A DNA stretch of 64,000 nt from Harriotta raleighana (lineage: Eukaryota): positions 4,438,546 through 4,502,545 of the forward strand of contig JBNZDD010013721.1 in assembly GCA_050575255.1 (NCBI GenBank), in the 5' to 3' direction. A program made the translations under genes and the position numbers. Shown here one piece after another: positions 49,990 through 63,392 of this stretch (its first letter is position 1; every line of letters begins with the position of its first letter). Below the pieces are notes generated by a model. It did not search any database. It saw only the letters and a list, made by a program, of their open reading frames with translations, and was not told the DNA's origin.

Positions 49990-50350
49990 TTATAATCTTC
50001 AAAGCCCTCCATGGTCTTGTTCCTCCCTACCTCTGTGACCTCTTAATTCCCTACCAAGCTGTCCGCTCCCTCCGCTCAGTGGGCTCCAACCTGCTCCACA
50101 TCTATCACCTTGTACCCCACTCCCATCCTACCATGAGCCTCTCTGTCCCACTGTCTGGAATTCCATCCCATTGTTCCTCCACTTCCCTTGCCTCCTGCAA
50201 GACCCATTTCAAGACCCTCTCCTACTGTATCACCCTCCAACGCTACCCTCCCCACCTCCATCCATACTGATCCAATCCCAGCTTGTGTGCGGATCCCTGA
50301 CTGTCCAGCGACTTGAGATATCCTCCTGATGTAAAAGGCATTATACAAAT
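49990..50350 (+). mobile_element. L2 LINE 3' fragment; others at about 52770-53070 (+), 53335-53480 (-), 53940-54240 (-) and 37805-37970 (-)
   Basis: TTCAAAGCCCTCCATGGTCTT (FKALHGL), CTGGAATTCCATCCC and the L2-type tail GATGTAAAAGGCATTATA. Confidence 0.75.
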
Positions 50351-51759
50351 CTGATTCAACGATTTGTATGGAATGTGTTCAAATGGGTTGAAACCTCCAT
50401 GTTTTAACCTTTTTGACGCATTCCAAGATTATCAATACACATTATGAAGTAATGTGAGGCATTGAGCTCAATGTTTCCAGTCACAGGAACACCCTCTGCA
50501 ACTCAATTCCTTCCTGAAATTCTGCTTTACGAAGATATTTATATTTTTAGTGTGAATGAATCACAGTGCTAGACAAGCACCAGGTCAAATCATTTAAATA
50601 GACTTACTTTTTGTCTGTTTGTTCAGGCTCCCGGGTTGTGTAGGGAATGGAATATCAGTTCCTGTAGCTGTAAGCATTTTAAAAATGAGAAATTTAAAAT
50701 AAACCAAAACCTGTTTGCTAGCCTGTACACAGACGACCTGCCCAAATAACGCTCTTAATTTCTTGTAGCCTGATTTTTTTAATGCTTTTCTGTGACCAGC
50801 GTGATTTTACCTGTGAAAATCACACAATACTGTTAATATCTCAACAAATATCAGATGGGAGAGAACAGAACTTGGGAGTCGAGTGAAAACTGATGCTTGT
50901 TTAAGCTTGTTTTTTTTGCCCAATCTGGCAGACTGGAGCATGTCACTTACTTTGAAGAACTATCTCAGGTGATTGTAAAATGTAATACAGACAAAGCAGA
51001 GGTGATGGGTCATTCTATTCTCAGACTGTGTGTCAGTTTCACAGAAGTAAATATATTGTTCCCAATTCCCAGGACCTTGTCCTGCTTTGGAGACCTGAAC
51101 TTGCACAGTCGCAGCCCAATATATATCACAAGGATATGCGCAACCTGTTGATACCATCATTAATAATAACAATAATTCATTAATGTTGAAATATCTCAGA
51201 GGTTTCATCTGTGGCATATGGTGACTGGATAATGCGAAAGCAGACAAAGCAAGCAGCAATGACCCAGTCATGAAGTGAATCACCAGGTTATTTGGAGCCT
51301 TGACTGTGAGTTTGCAGCCCTGATGCGTGCCTTGAATCCACAGCCTTGTAGAGAAGTCAACCCTGATCACAGCTCTCAGACGGCTGCTTCTTTGGCAGAC
51401 CTGCTAAAATGTTAACTGAATTTGTGAGACAGTGACGTGCGAATCAGGACTAAACGCTGGGGATGGGATAGTGCAGCTGCTGAACTGCACCCCTTGTAAA
51501 ACCATTTATATGTTTCTTACACATACTTCACTGCATCTTCCCACACATCTACATTCAGGAGTGCATTTGGCAGAGTTCATACCCCCAGTGATCTTGTGTT
51601 AGGTCTGAGTAATGTTCCCGAAAATATACATTGTGAAGGTGCCTGAAAGAATGGTTGAAGAAGAAGGTTTTCAAGCAGGACTTGAAAAGGTGGAGAAGGG
51701 GCAAACTATCGGAAGAATTGCTGGGGAAGCATCATTCCCCAGCCCCCATTCTCTCCCCT

Positions 51760-52073
51760 GTCTTGTAGCATATTGGTTAGAACACTTGCCTCACAAGTCA
51801 GAGAACCCGGGGTTAATTCCCAGGCAGGGCAAAACCTTAGTCAAGTATCCTTGCTTTTCATTCCTCTGTTTACCTAGCAGTAACTAGGGACCCACCCACC
51901 TATACACATGGGGCACTGCTGTGTGCAATTGGCTGCTGTGTCTCACCCACAAAATACACACTCAATCCACTTTAGAGTATATTTTGTGAAGCACTTCGAG
52001 ATGTTCCAACAAGATTCCAACTGATTCGTAATAAGGTGCTATTTCAATTGCAAGGATTAATATTATTATTATT
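51760..52073 (+). mobile_element. SINE of the same family, diverged, near full length
   Basis: TGGTTAGAACACTTGCC head, GGGCAAAACCTT, GCTGTGTGCAATTGGCTGC body and TGCAAGGATT(ATT)n tail. Confidence 0.8.
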
Positions 52074-55000
52074 CACCCCTCCCACCCCCCCACACACACA
52101 ACCCCCACCCCTCTCTAATAATCTGTTACCCTTTTTGTATCATGTCATTTCCAATTTCAATGACATCACAACCCGCAGCGTGCGAATGTTTCCTTTTGGC
52201 AAATGTAGTCAAAACGCGCCTTAATCATTGCGGCTAATTACAGGTCCCAGCAAGCCATCAAATGGTTTCCCTTCATTACACACATTTTGTCATCCCTCAG
52301 CATGTCATTAGAGTGTGTAACTGCTGCCAGAAGCTGGCTGCTGTGTGCGACTGACTGTGTGACTCATTAACACGTGCAGCACCAGCCACATGACCAGGCA
52401 AACTGCCCAGCGGTTATTCACTGGAGCTGGGCTGGGAGTGTCCCTGTTGCCTATCGCTCTGATTACATCCTCCAGCCCTATTCGCTGCATTCCCCATCGC
52501 AGCCCAGCAAATTTTAAGGACTGAATTCCCAATTCAACAAGATCCCAATTGGTTAGTCTATTCCACTGCTAAATTCCAAATAAGTGCCGCAAACAATTCT
52601 CTTTCTAATTGTTCTTTCTTGCCCGCAGACTCTGTGTATTTTCTGAAGCCACTGACTGCTGGGCTGGGATATATTTCCATCCATTAGCTCATCTAACTCT
52701 AGGAGGTGAGACAGTGCTGGCGTTTCTCCATGTGAATCTAATCTGCAGCCCACAATCTTAAACGGACCAAACTCTGTACCCACATCTCATCAGTTCTGAC
52801 CAGGCTCCACTGGATCCCCATCACAGAACGACTTCAAAGATCTTCACGCTTGTGTTCAAATCCCTTCACTTTCTGGCACCTCCTTACCACTCCGACCTCC
52901 TGACTGCCCAATCCAATACCTGGCGGTTCCGCTCAAATGGCACCTGCGTCCTGCTCGTCTCTCGTACCCTCCACGGAGGTAGCACTTTCAGCCATTACAC
53001 CCCGAAACTCTGGAAAACTCTCCCTTAATCCCTTCGCCTTGACTGCTCTCTTAAGTTCTGCCTGAAAATCTTTCTCTTATGCTACCTCCGATCCTTCTAC
53101 TCATTTTAGCACCTCACTCTTTATTATCCCTCCAATCTCTCCTTAAAAATCCTCATCCATCATCCCCTGCAAACCCTGCTTCACTTTCCTCCCCGATATC
53201 TCCACCCTCCTTTCTTCCCTCTGCATCTGTTCTGAATGCCTCAACATCTTAGATGACTTTAACCTCTAATTTTGCTACCACCTGGCTTATATTAACTGAC
53301 TCAGTTCCTATCATACTGGGCACTACCAGAACAGATTACATTTTCACATCAGGAGGATGTCCCAAGGTGCTAGAGAGTCAGGATTTTAGACCCCAGCTGG
53401 GGGTTGGGATCAGGAGGTAAGGATAGGGAGGATAGTTCGGGAGGGTGACCAAAGGTCCGGTCGAAGAGAAGGGTCTTACAAACTTTACCAAGTGAGCCAT
53501 TGGGCAGTAGATTGTTACATCAAATCTATCCTTCTTCGCAAGTCCTATCTTCCACAGTCCCCAGGGATTAAGGGGTATAGGGATAGGTCAGATAAATGGA
53601 ATTAGGATAGAAAATCAGACAGGATCTTATTTAATGGCGGGGCAGGTTAGAGGGGCTGAATGGCCTACTCCTGTTCTTACTTCCTGTGTTCTTATGTTCC
53701 CATATGCACTGACTTACCTTCCAGTACCTCACCCACGGGGCCTGTGTGAGCCTGCATTGTGAATCGCAGCTATTCCAACATGCAGGGAGATGCCACAGCC
53801 AAGACAATCTTGTTCTCACTTGATGTCCACACATACACACACACCTTCTATTAAGATAGAAAACTCATAGGCACGAAAGACAATTTTGTCCTCAACTGCT
53901 GCCCAAGCTAAGATCAGTAATAACACAGACTTTGTAGTAAATAACAACAGCAACAGCTTGCACTTATACCACCCTTCACGCAGGACTGCATCTCAGAACA
54001 CTTAACAATGGTGGAGTCTGACTCCGAACTGGGGATTGGGGGGCGATGGTGTGGGAGGAGGGGGTGGGGTGGAGGGGTGGAGGGGAGTGGGCTTGGGGGA
54101 GGGGATGGGGTGTGGTGGGGGGCTGTGGGGAGGTGACCATAAGCACAGTTGAAAAGGAAGGTTTGAAAAAGGGGAGAGACAGGGCACGGCAGAGGATGAT
54201 GCAGTGGAGGGTGCCAGGGACAAGAGAGAGTGCCGGGTGGTGGATTAGTGACCGGAAAGTTACAGGTTTAACCTTCTGGTCTATACAAACCATTCCTACA
54301 GCAGGTGCTGTAATTACCCACTGAGCCATCAGAGGAAACAGGTTGGGCAGTTTCATCTTTGCACTGGCTGAGAGGAGTTTCCACTGTAAAACAAAATTGA
54401 TGGTTTCTTTAATTCTGTGGTATTCGGGGTAATTGGCCACCTTGCCCTGGCAGTATATTACTGCACTTTGCCACAGAGCCCAAGGCTATGCTGGTGGGAA
54501 GATTTTGCCAAATAAATATTTCACAGACAATCGTAGAGGAAAAGTGTTAAGGTCCCAGCTGTGTTTACACAAGTGGGAAGAGCCATATTACTGGGCAGCG
54601 ATTATACAATGGATCATCTTTAGCTGCTATTTGTTGACTAATTACACAAGAAATTCACCTGCTGTTTTATTTATACAAACGTCAATCTGAGCAACAGCCA
54701 TATTCCCTTCCTCCGCGCTTCTTCTCTGACCTTTGTGGGCTCACAGTGAGCGCCGAGCTAGACACAGTATCCAGCCGCACCGTGCCGAGCTCCTGGGGAT
54801 CAATCTGCATAAAAGAACATTGAGTGCTCAGCAGCCCACCTTGAAGAGCAGGCACTGAGACATCCCGAGATGGTTGCAGTGAGAGTGTAGTCGGCAGTGA
54901 GACGGGCCCTCCTGTGGACTTGCTTGGCACGGAGCTGTGCTGTCTGGCTGTGTGGAGATGAGGTAATGTCTGAGTTTGCTGCCAAGCTGCAGAACCAGTC

Positions 55001-55184
55001 AGCCACTCCTGGTTCCCTGCACTTCTCCAGAAAGTGTGCTCAGGCAGTCGTCCAGATGTTTCCATCTTTAAACAAGTCAGTTCCTGAGGCTGCTCTGCAG
55101 AGACTAATCACACAGCAAACCCTGACATCAATGTTACTTGTTCCAATCAAGTGTCAATTTAGCACCTTTTTCCAATCTGGTGCC

Positions 55185-55510
55185 TGGGTCAAAAGGTTGT
55201 GGGTTCAAGCTCAATACCAGGACTTGAGCTCATGTTCCACGCTGGCACTCCAGTGCAGTATTGGGGGGGTGTGGGAAAGCACTGCAGCATTGCCTGAGTT
55301 GCTGTCCTTTGAATGAATCTGATGGGCTGAATGCTTGATCTTTGGGTGAATGCTAATGATCCTATGACTGGAAAAAAAAGAGAAGTGCGTTTCTCCTGGT
55401 CTTTTGACCGATAAACTTGCAGACAAAATGATCATGTACATCATATGGAACTTTATTTATTGTGCACAAATGGCTGCAGCTTTTAAATTACAAAACAGTC
55501 ACTACACTGG
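55185..55510 (+). mobile_element. Older DeuSINE-like element (SacSINE1/AmnSINE1-type); related decayed copies at about 58340-58740 (-), 43050-43235 (-), 46200-46375 (-), 46935-47140 (+), 30645-30890 (-) and 59110-59400 (-)
   Basis: AAGGTTGTGGGTTCAAG head, GCTGGCACTCCAGTGCAGTA, TGTGCACAAATGGCTGC and ACAGTCACTACAC resemble the Deu-domain consensus as recalled. Confidence 0.65.
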
Positions 55511-56451
55511 ATAGTGTCTTTCACGTAAAGAAGGTACTATCGAGCAAGGAGGGGATTGTTTGAGGTCATTACCCAAAGGGTTAAAGAATGCTTTGAAATT
55601 CAAATAGAAATACAAATTCATTCAAATACTGTAATTCAGAAAGGATAACAATTTACTCCATCTGAGCAATTCAAATGAAGGTAATTTAACTAACACAACT
55701 CACGACTGTAGTTTATATAACAGCTTGGTACAAACTCCCTGGTTTAAATATTGCACATTATTCTATAACTATCTAGTTTATTAGATGTTGTCTAAAATAT
55801 CCCATACTGTTTACAAATCATATCTCATTGTGTTTGTAAAATGCATTCTGGAGTTTATACAGGTTAGAATAAATATACATGTTACCTTGCACATCACAGA
55901 ACATGTTCAAATGCTTGACTTTTGCAGTCATGTAAAGCAGGGAACAAACAGGGATATAAGAGATTTAAAGATATTGAACAAAGTTATGATTGAAGAGATA
56001 TGTTTTTGATAGGCAGGAAGAAAGGCAAAGGGAGTGGCTTTAGAAGAGAACAGAGGACAAAGCCACTGAGTCATTGAGGAAGCCCCATTGGCCTATTTAA
56101 TTCATCCTGAGTGAATCCCACCAGAATCCTTTCTTTCTTATCTGGTGAACAGTGAAAGCAGTGCACTAATTAAACAAGTTTCTCACCAATTCCAGCCCGT
56201 GAGAGCTGCCACACAAAGTTTACACTCGGCCAACCAGTCTGTACAGGTGTTGATATTCCACCTGAGTACCTATATATTCCTTACTCCCTCTCACACCTTT
56301 CCATTCCCCTCTCCCTCATGTGAAGGTCTATCTTACTCTTGAATGTGTCTACATTATCTGATTCAACCACCACTGCAAACAGCAAGTTCCACAATCTCAC
56401 TACCCTCTCCATGAAGTAGTTCCTCCTAAATTCTGTTTTCGAACCCTACTA

Positions 56452-56856
56452 GGAGTTCTGTAGCTCAGTGGATAGAGCACTCCCCTTGCAAGCAAGAAAT
56501 CTGGGTTCACTTCTAGGCAGGGCAAAACCTTGGGCAAGTTTCCTTACTCCACAAGCCTGATAATAATCCCTCAAGAAAAAAGAATTGGTCACTTCAATCA
56601 ATGTCTGCTTGTGGGATACTGCTGTGCACTTTTGACTGCCAGATTTCACCCAGAAATATGCAATCAATTCACTTTACTGTGCAGCAAAGTACATTCGGTG
56701 CAGCACTTTGAGATGTCTATTGGAAATGAAAAGCACTATATCAAATGCAAGAATTATGATTATTATCTATAATATGCTGTATTCTTGAAGCACTTTGAGA
56801 TGTCTATTGGACGTGAAAAGCTCTGTATCAAATACAAGTATAGATTATCATTATTA
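56452..56856 (+). mobile_element. Full-length SINE of the same family with a tandemly duplicated 3' tail
   Basis: Head GGAGTTCTGTAGCTCAGTGGATAGAGCAC, then AACCTTGGGCAAGTTTCCTTACTCCAC. The tail GCACTTTGAGATGTCTATTGGA occurs twice (about 56703 and 56790). Confidence 0.85.
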
Positions 56857-57014
56857 TTCGTCGCTATTTTATATTTGTCTCCCTGCATTACAGCCAGTGG
56901 AACAATCTATTTGTGTTAACTCTATCGAGCAGATAAGATGCCACTTCTAGCCTCCTCAGTACAAATCTTGTTTCGCTGGCAGCATCTCACCAACAGACTG
57001 TGTTGCAATGTGTT

Positions 57015-57505
57015 TACTGGCCTTCTTTTCAACATCTATTCGCTCCGCCTTGGTGACATAATTCGCAGCCATGGTGTCAACTTCCATAGGTATGCGGATG
57101 ACACTCAACTCTATCTCTCTGCCTCCACCCTCAATTCTAGGACCACTGCTGTTCAATAGACACCATGATGTCCTGTTGGACATCAAGTCCTGGATGAGAG
57201 CTAACTTTCCACAGTTGAATGTCAACAAGACCGACGCCTCTGCACCTTAGGCACTAGCAGCATCAACCTCACCGATGTACACTCCACATCACCAAGCCAG
57301 TCCATAGACTGCAGATCATCCAGATCTCTGCAGCCTGTGTTCAGGCTCTGCGACTCTATCACCCCCTGCCTTACCCCCTCCTTTATGTCCTGCCTCATGA
57401 CCCAATCCCAACCCTAGTTTGTGTCTGAAACACTGACTGCCCAGTGCCTTGAGACATCCTTCTGATATGAAAGGCGCTATACACATATACGTTTGTTGTT
57501 GTTGT
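57015..57505 (+). mobile_element. L2 LINE RT fragment fused to 3' UTR
   Basis: [24 protein letters not shown] motif, then GAAAGGCGCTATA and a (TTG)n tail at about 57490-57505. Confidence 0.88.
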
Positions 57506-57600
57506 CATTATTTTTAACTCCAATTACTATTTCCAGGATGGAATTTTTTCCCCTGTTCTTGAACAAAAACTAGTGCTGGAGTTCAGATTCTCCCCCTTGC

Positions 57601-57616
57601 TGCCGCCCTCTTGTGG
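57601..57616 (-). promoter_or_regulatory. Candidate CTCF site
   Basis: Minus strand CCACAAGAGGGCGGCA fits the core CCASYAGRKGGCRS with one mismatch, in unique sequence. Confidence 0.5.
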
Positions 57617-59431
57617 TAATTCCTTGTGAGTGCACCTTAGGTTGACAGTCTAAAACCAAAACAGAAGTCGCTGGGAGCACTCAGCAGGTCAGGCAGCGTC
57701 TATAAGACAACAATCGAGGACAACAATCACAGTGGCAATTAGAGAAGAAAACTGCTAAGGGATAACGTCAATGCATCTCCCTTTCCACCTTTATTTCGCC
57801 CACGAAATACACTTTACAATATATTCTGTGAAGTGCTTTAAGACATTGTAATGACATGAAGTGCTACATTAAATGCAAGGATTATTCTTGTTACTTCATT
57901 GAAGTGGAGTTGAATGTTTGTCACACTCAGTTGCTGGCTTGTGCTAGGAGAGGGGGTTAAGCCACACTGTGCTGCAGCGGCTGAACAGGGTTCTGGCTGA
58001 ACAGAAATGAACAGCCTCCAGGTGCTGACAGTGTGAGTCTGGCTGCACTTCCCGTTGCAGGAATGGAGGATTGGAGGGGGGTGATTAATCCATCTCCAGA
58101 ATACGCCAAGGTGCAATCATTCGCTTCTGCTTAACTCATTCACTGCGTGCTGCCACTGTCACTCAGCTCAGCTGTTATGGCGCTGTCTGGCACCTTCCCT
58201 GGAGCAACCATAATGGTGGAGAAGCGAGTTAAAGGGGCCACAGCGCCTGCAATTTCTAGCTTACCAGACATCAAATGTGTGTGTCTTGGTCAATATGTAG
58301 GTAACACACAAGTGCTGGAAAAGTGTAATTCATTTATTCTAATAATAATGATCGTTGCATTTGGATATAGCTTCTAACTGTCGGGCAAGGGTCTCAAAGC
58401 GTTTTGCAGGATTTATTGTGATCAGAAAATGTAGTGACTGTGATTTTTAGGTAAACGTGGCAGGCAATTTACGCACACCAACATTCCACAAATAGCCATG
58501 CATTAGATGACCAAAAATAAATAAGAATCTATGAAATTGGCCAGGACACCAGGAAAAACTCCCTTGTCTAGAATCTTTAACATCAGACAAGACCTCCAAC
58601 AATGAAAGCCCCCACCTCCACCCACTCAGCACCACATCAGAGTGTCAGCCTATACCATAAGCTCAAAGACTGACATGGAGATTAAACCCAAAAACTTTCA
58701 ACAGTGGTGAGAACGCCACCAACTGAGCCAGTCTGACACCTACATTTCTATCTCGAACAAATGTGCACAGAGAGACCAGGGGAAGAGAGAAATAGGAAGA
58801 TAGGTTAAAATAATTTAGAGCAATCACAACATTCTGATCATCTCATGAAGTTGATAGAACCTTCAGAAAGTTAGTCACCTGCTCTTCGGAATACGACAAT
58901 TTGGAAAGCAATAAAAAGAGAATTTTAATTGACAAAGATTTTGCCCATTTAACAAAATTCAGAGACCACAATATGCTGATAGTGGAGGAGATGAGCTCTC
59001 TAGACAGTCTCTGATATCAATATTAAATGTGGTGCTGAATAACAATGTCTCACTAGGCTAGAGCTGGAATCAACATCACATACAGGTGATCAAAGGAAAT
59101 AAGGAACAATCGATATTTACACGGCATATTATCACGTCAAAATGACTCAATGCTCTTTACAAGTGTAGATACTATTTTTTTAGGCAGCCATTTTGCACGA
59201 GGCAAGGTCTCACACTCTTGAGGCGGAGTGCCTCAAGATTACTCCAGGAGTGCCGGCCCAGGAGAAACTCACTTCTCTTTGTGACTAGGTCGTGTGATCT
59301 TTAACATCCATCTGCACAAGCAGACGGTTCTTAATTTCATCCAACAACAACTCCAGCAATGTAGCATTTGCCCTGCACCGCACTAACTGTCAGCTCAGTG
59401 TACCCATGTCGAATGTTCAGACCCACACTTT

Positions 59432-60110
59432 TACATAGAATTACATAGAATATACAGCACAGAAACAGGCCAAGGGCCCAACTGGTTTATGCTGGCGTTT
59501 ATGCTCCACATGAGCCTCCTCCTTTTCTCGACTAACTCTGTCAGCATAGCCTTCTTTTCCTTTCTCCTCCGTGTACTGGCTGCTTCTTCTTAAATTGCAT
59601 TTGTGCTGTTTGCCTCAACTATTCCTTGTGGTAGCAAATTCCACATTCCCACCACTCGTTTGCCCATTCAGCAATGTCTTGTTGTAATTTGTTGCAGTCC
59701 TCATTATTAACTACAGTTCCAATTTGGTGTCATCTGCAAATTTTAAAATTGTACTTTCGCTCTCCCGAGTCCCAGATTATTCATGTAAATTGTGAACAAC
59801 AGTGGTCCCAATAATGATCCTTATGGAACACCACTTCTCACCTTCTGCTAGTCTGAATAGCTACCCTTTACCCATACTCTCTGTCTTCTGTCTTATAGCC
59901 AGCTTGCTATCCATTCTGCTACTTCTCCCCTGACTCCATATGGTCTGACTTTATTCATTAGTCTATTATATGCAGTACTGTACTTATTTAAGGAGGAAAT
60001 AGTTTCTCTAGCTACCCCATCAAAACCCTTTATCATTTGAAACAGCTCAATGAGATCACCCCTCGACCATCTAAACCGAAGGGAATACAGACCAAGTTTA
60101 TGCAATCTGC
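59432..60110 (-). mobile_element. CR1 LINE mosaic (RT core, ORF2 end, 3' UTR)
   Basis: KFADDTKL at about 59720-59745, GVRGEVAEWIASWL, RGDLIELFQMIKGFD, and a tail of TTACATAGAA repeats at about 59431-59450. Confidence 0.85.
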
Positions 60111-60479
60111 AAAATTATTTTGGAGACTGGTTGTCATAACATGGTCAGCCACTGGTGCAAGGTTCAATCTGGGCCAGACAGGTTGGATAAAAAGCTTCTC
60201 CTGTATATGAAGTGCACTAAAACATTGGCAGAAGAACAAGGAAAAATGCCTGAGTCTGTCCCCAAACTGCGTGTTAGTGGGTATTTGAGCCTTCCTGTGG
60301 TCTGGCCAGGCACCAAGCCTGGCACTGTCACTTGTCATCAATGATGAATAAGTGGTTTGTTGCTGTGGAGAGTTGTCCTTCCTCCTCTGTGGTGTGTACA
60401 TCCCAGACTGAATAATAGTCTCTTCTCTCCTGTGGCCCAGAAAATTGTCCAAAGAGTGGTTTCAAATCCAGTGTAAGGC

Positions 60480-60745
60480 AGAGAGCTCAGCTTTTCTCTT
60501 TTGATAGGTCATGAGAGGTTTTGATACAGTAATTAAAGATAAACTCTTTCCACTGGTGGGAGGGAGGGATAGTAACCAGAGGTCATAGATTTAAGATAAT
60601 TGGCAAAAGGATAAGAGGGGGAGATGAGGAGAATTTTTTTTTATTCGGAGAGTTGCCATGGCTAGTTGCTAGCTCTTCCATTAGTGCCGGCACAGGCATG
60701 ATCAGTCAAATGGCTTCCTTCTGTTCTGTAGGATTTTATGATAGG
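60480..60745 (+). mobile_element. CR1 LINE 3' fragment; others at about 53560-53700 (+), 38400-38745, 41270-41410 (+), 29820-30010 (-) and 56050-56440 (-)
   Basis: AACCAGAGGTCATAGATTTAAGATAATTGGCAAAAG and AAATGGCTTCCTTCTGT resemble the 31249 copy. Confidence 0.7.
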
Positions 60746-61817
60746 GAACTGGGCTACTGCAATGTGTTACAAATTTGTTTTAAAATGGTTTGAAGCTAGT
60801 TTCAGAATTGACGTAGAACTCCGTACACTGACATCAATCTCAGACTCCTCTCCCTAGCACATTACTGACTGGATGGAATTATCAGTATGGTTTGGATACT
60901 CTTAAGCATGGTGATGGATTTCCAAATGTGTCAGACACCTGGTTTCCACCCACACCCGACCCCAAAAAAAAAGTATGGTTGACATGTAAGACTCTGGACT
61001 ATCTCCTCAAGCACTGAACTGGAATCATAGTTGAATATTACCAGTAGCTCTGGGAGTCTCAGCCTAATCTGACTCAGCTCTACAGAGAAGAACCTCATAC
61101 AAATTGAGGCACGGGAATGATGGACATATATTAAACTAGTTCCTCTATAAACAGCACTAAATACTGTTCCCTACGAGTAATTCAAGATCTTACATTCTCC
61201 ATGTGGTCTCAGAAATGTTTACATCAATCCCGATGACCAGGAGTCTTATGCTTCTGGGTGAAGCAAGTGCCAATAACCTGAAAATGTATTTAGTGCCTGG
61301 TCTGTAGTGCGCTTGGGAGGGGTGTCTGAGTCTAATGTCAATCTGCTGAGTTCTTTTGACTCTAAATTCAGGAAAACATGATGTCGAAGATCATTGTTTA
61401 CTGACTTTGAGCCAGGCAGGAAATCTTGGCTGGTCTTGGGAGCCAATACAAATTCCATCAGGAGCCACGGTTGGTTCCATTGGCTCCAGGTTGGCCACCT
61501 CAGAACAAGCCATCCTTGCCACAGATTATCATATCACCCCCCATCAACATGTTCAGGTTTATTTATTGTAGCAGTGCTAATATTGCCTCAGGGAAGTATA
61601 CAGAGACAGGCTAGATTTTAATGACTTCAAGGAAGAATGATACTTTCTATTGAGTTCAACAAAGATTGATTGCCACATTTCCATTTGTAAATATTTGACA
61701 TGACTTCCTCCATGTGTATGTGCAAATGCTGGCTAAATTATGATTGGCTATTTGGTGCAACTCTGCCCCCTCTGTAGATTGCTCAATGGGCAATGGTGGG
61801 GAATGGACAACTTGACC

Positions 61818-62222
61818 ATAAATACCCAGTTATCCTTCCTCCCCCACATCCGATCCCAGACCAGCACGACCTTCTTCCAACTCCGCCACATTGCCTGTCT
61901 CCATCAATACCTCAGTACCCGCCTTCTCTGCTCTACTGGATCTGACCTCCTCACTGTCCCCCGAATCCTCTACTCTACCATCGGTGTCCGTGCTTTCAGC
62001 CGCTACTCCCCCAAACTTTGGAACTCCCTCCCTCAACCCCTCTGCATCACTCCCCTCCTTCCCCATCTTCAGGTGGCGCCCGAAGACCTTTCTCTTCAAC
62101 TGTGCTTATGGTCACCTTCCTTCCTCCCCTGGCTCGACCTCGTGCTCCGCCATTGTTAAGTGCTGTGAGATGCAGCCTAATGTGGAGGGCGCTATATAAA
62201 ATGCAAGTGGTTGGTGTTGTTG
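61818..62222 (+). mobile_element. L2 LINE 3' fragment
   Basis: QLSFLPHIRS, FFQLRHIA and GVRAFSRYSPKLWNSLPQ motifs, plus a GGCGCTATATAAAATGCAAG tail. Confidence 0.85.
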
Positions 62223-62354
62223 TAAATACGTTCACTTTACAATTGCTTCAAGATTCATCAGAGGAGTTAGGAGCAGTTAGTGCAGTACTTGCTACCCGGT
62301 TAGCATGAGCTGATTTTTGATTCCTAGCTCTGTTCTTGCATCTTATAGTAATTG

Positions 62355-62585
62355 ATGTGGCAGGGTAGAGTATGCTTTACTCATGCTTTAGCTGACTTGG
62401 TAGAACTGTATGGGACACTCTAAAGAGAGCTTTTCTCAATATCTGCCCCATAACCTGACCCAGAAATGCTGGATGGGGCAGTGTAGAGGGAGCTTTATCT
62501 AACCTGTGCTGTTGACTGACCTAAGAGGACTGGGTAGGACAGCATAGAGTGTCTAACTCATGCATAGCTGACTTGCGGATGTTGG
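62355..62585 (+). repeat. Degenerate copies of a shark-type tandem repeat unit
   Basis: GGGGCAGTGTAGAGGGAGCTTTATCTAACCTGTGCTGT plus decayed neighbours; ACTCATGC...TAGCTGACTTG occurs twice (about 62379 and 62557). Confidence 0.55.
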
Positions 62586-63098
62586 ATATTCTAAACACAA
62601 AGCATGTCTGTTCCCATACTAAAACTGCTCCAAATGAGTATGAAAGTTTGCGATCAATAGAAAAACTTTGTCCAATGCTCCATTATGGGATATGTTATAT
62701 TAGTTGCCTCATTCCTCAATCCAATTGTAGTGTCCAGAATATATAATATGGCTTGGCTGCAGTGTAGAGCCTAACTCTCTTTATAAGGAGCTGCAGAGAT
62801 TAAATCCACTGAGTGTGTAATTCATTGCAGAAGTTTCCACTATTTGGGGCTGAGGAGGATACGTGGATAAAATTCTTCACTGGAACGTGTCCAACATGGC
62901 TTGTTTGATTCAATGCTCAGTGTTTACCAGTGTGCACTGTTTACTGAGCAGTAAGTAAGTAACTCTGTTAGTCGATTGGTGGATCGCTTTCCGGGTTAAT
63001 AATCCCTGAAAAAAATGTACTTACTCAATCCACAATCGTTTGAGGGACACTGCTGTGTGCAATTGCTTGCTGTTTTTCGCCCACCAAATACACAGTCA

Positions 63099-63392
63099 TA
63101 AAATCATAAAATTAGAGAATTATACAACACAAATCGGTATAGTTTTTCCTTGTTCACCCTATCAAATACCCTTATTATTTTGAAAATCTCTATTAACTCT
63201 TCTCTTTACCTTCTCTGCTCTAAGGAGAATAATCCTATTTTATTTAGCTATTGCTCATAACAATAGTCCCTCATTTTTGTACCTCTCTAAATCCTTGACA
63301 TCCTTCTTAAAGTGTGGGTGCCCAGAACTAGCTGAGGCCTAACCAGTGTTGTATAAAGATTCACCGTAACTTCCTGACTTTTGTATTCTAAT
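63099..63392 (-). mobile_element. CR1 fragment nested in a SINE (SINE halves at about 63028-63098 and 63396-63500)
   Basis: Minus strand reads EYKSQEVTVNLYTTLVRPQL with a CR1 tail. The SINE sequence breaks at CACAGTCA and resumes at CAGTCAATTCACTTT. Confidence 0.75.

Noticed and set aside
50605-50675. Plus-strand acceptor and donor pair suggesting a small exon of a divergent transcript
   Set aside because: Such pairs arise by chance; the donor is weak and there are no supporting exons.
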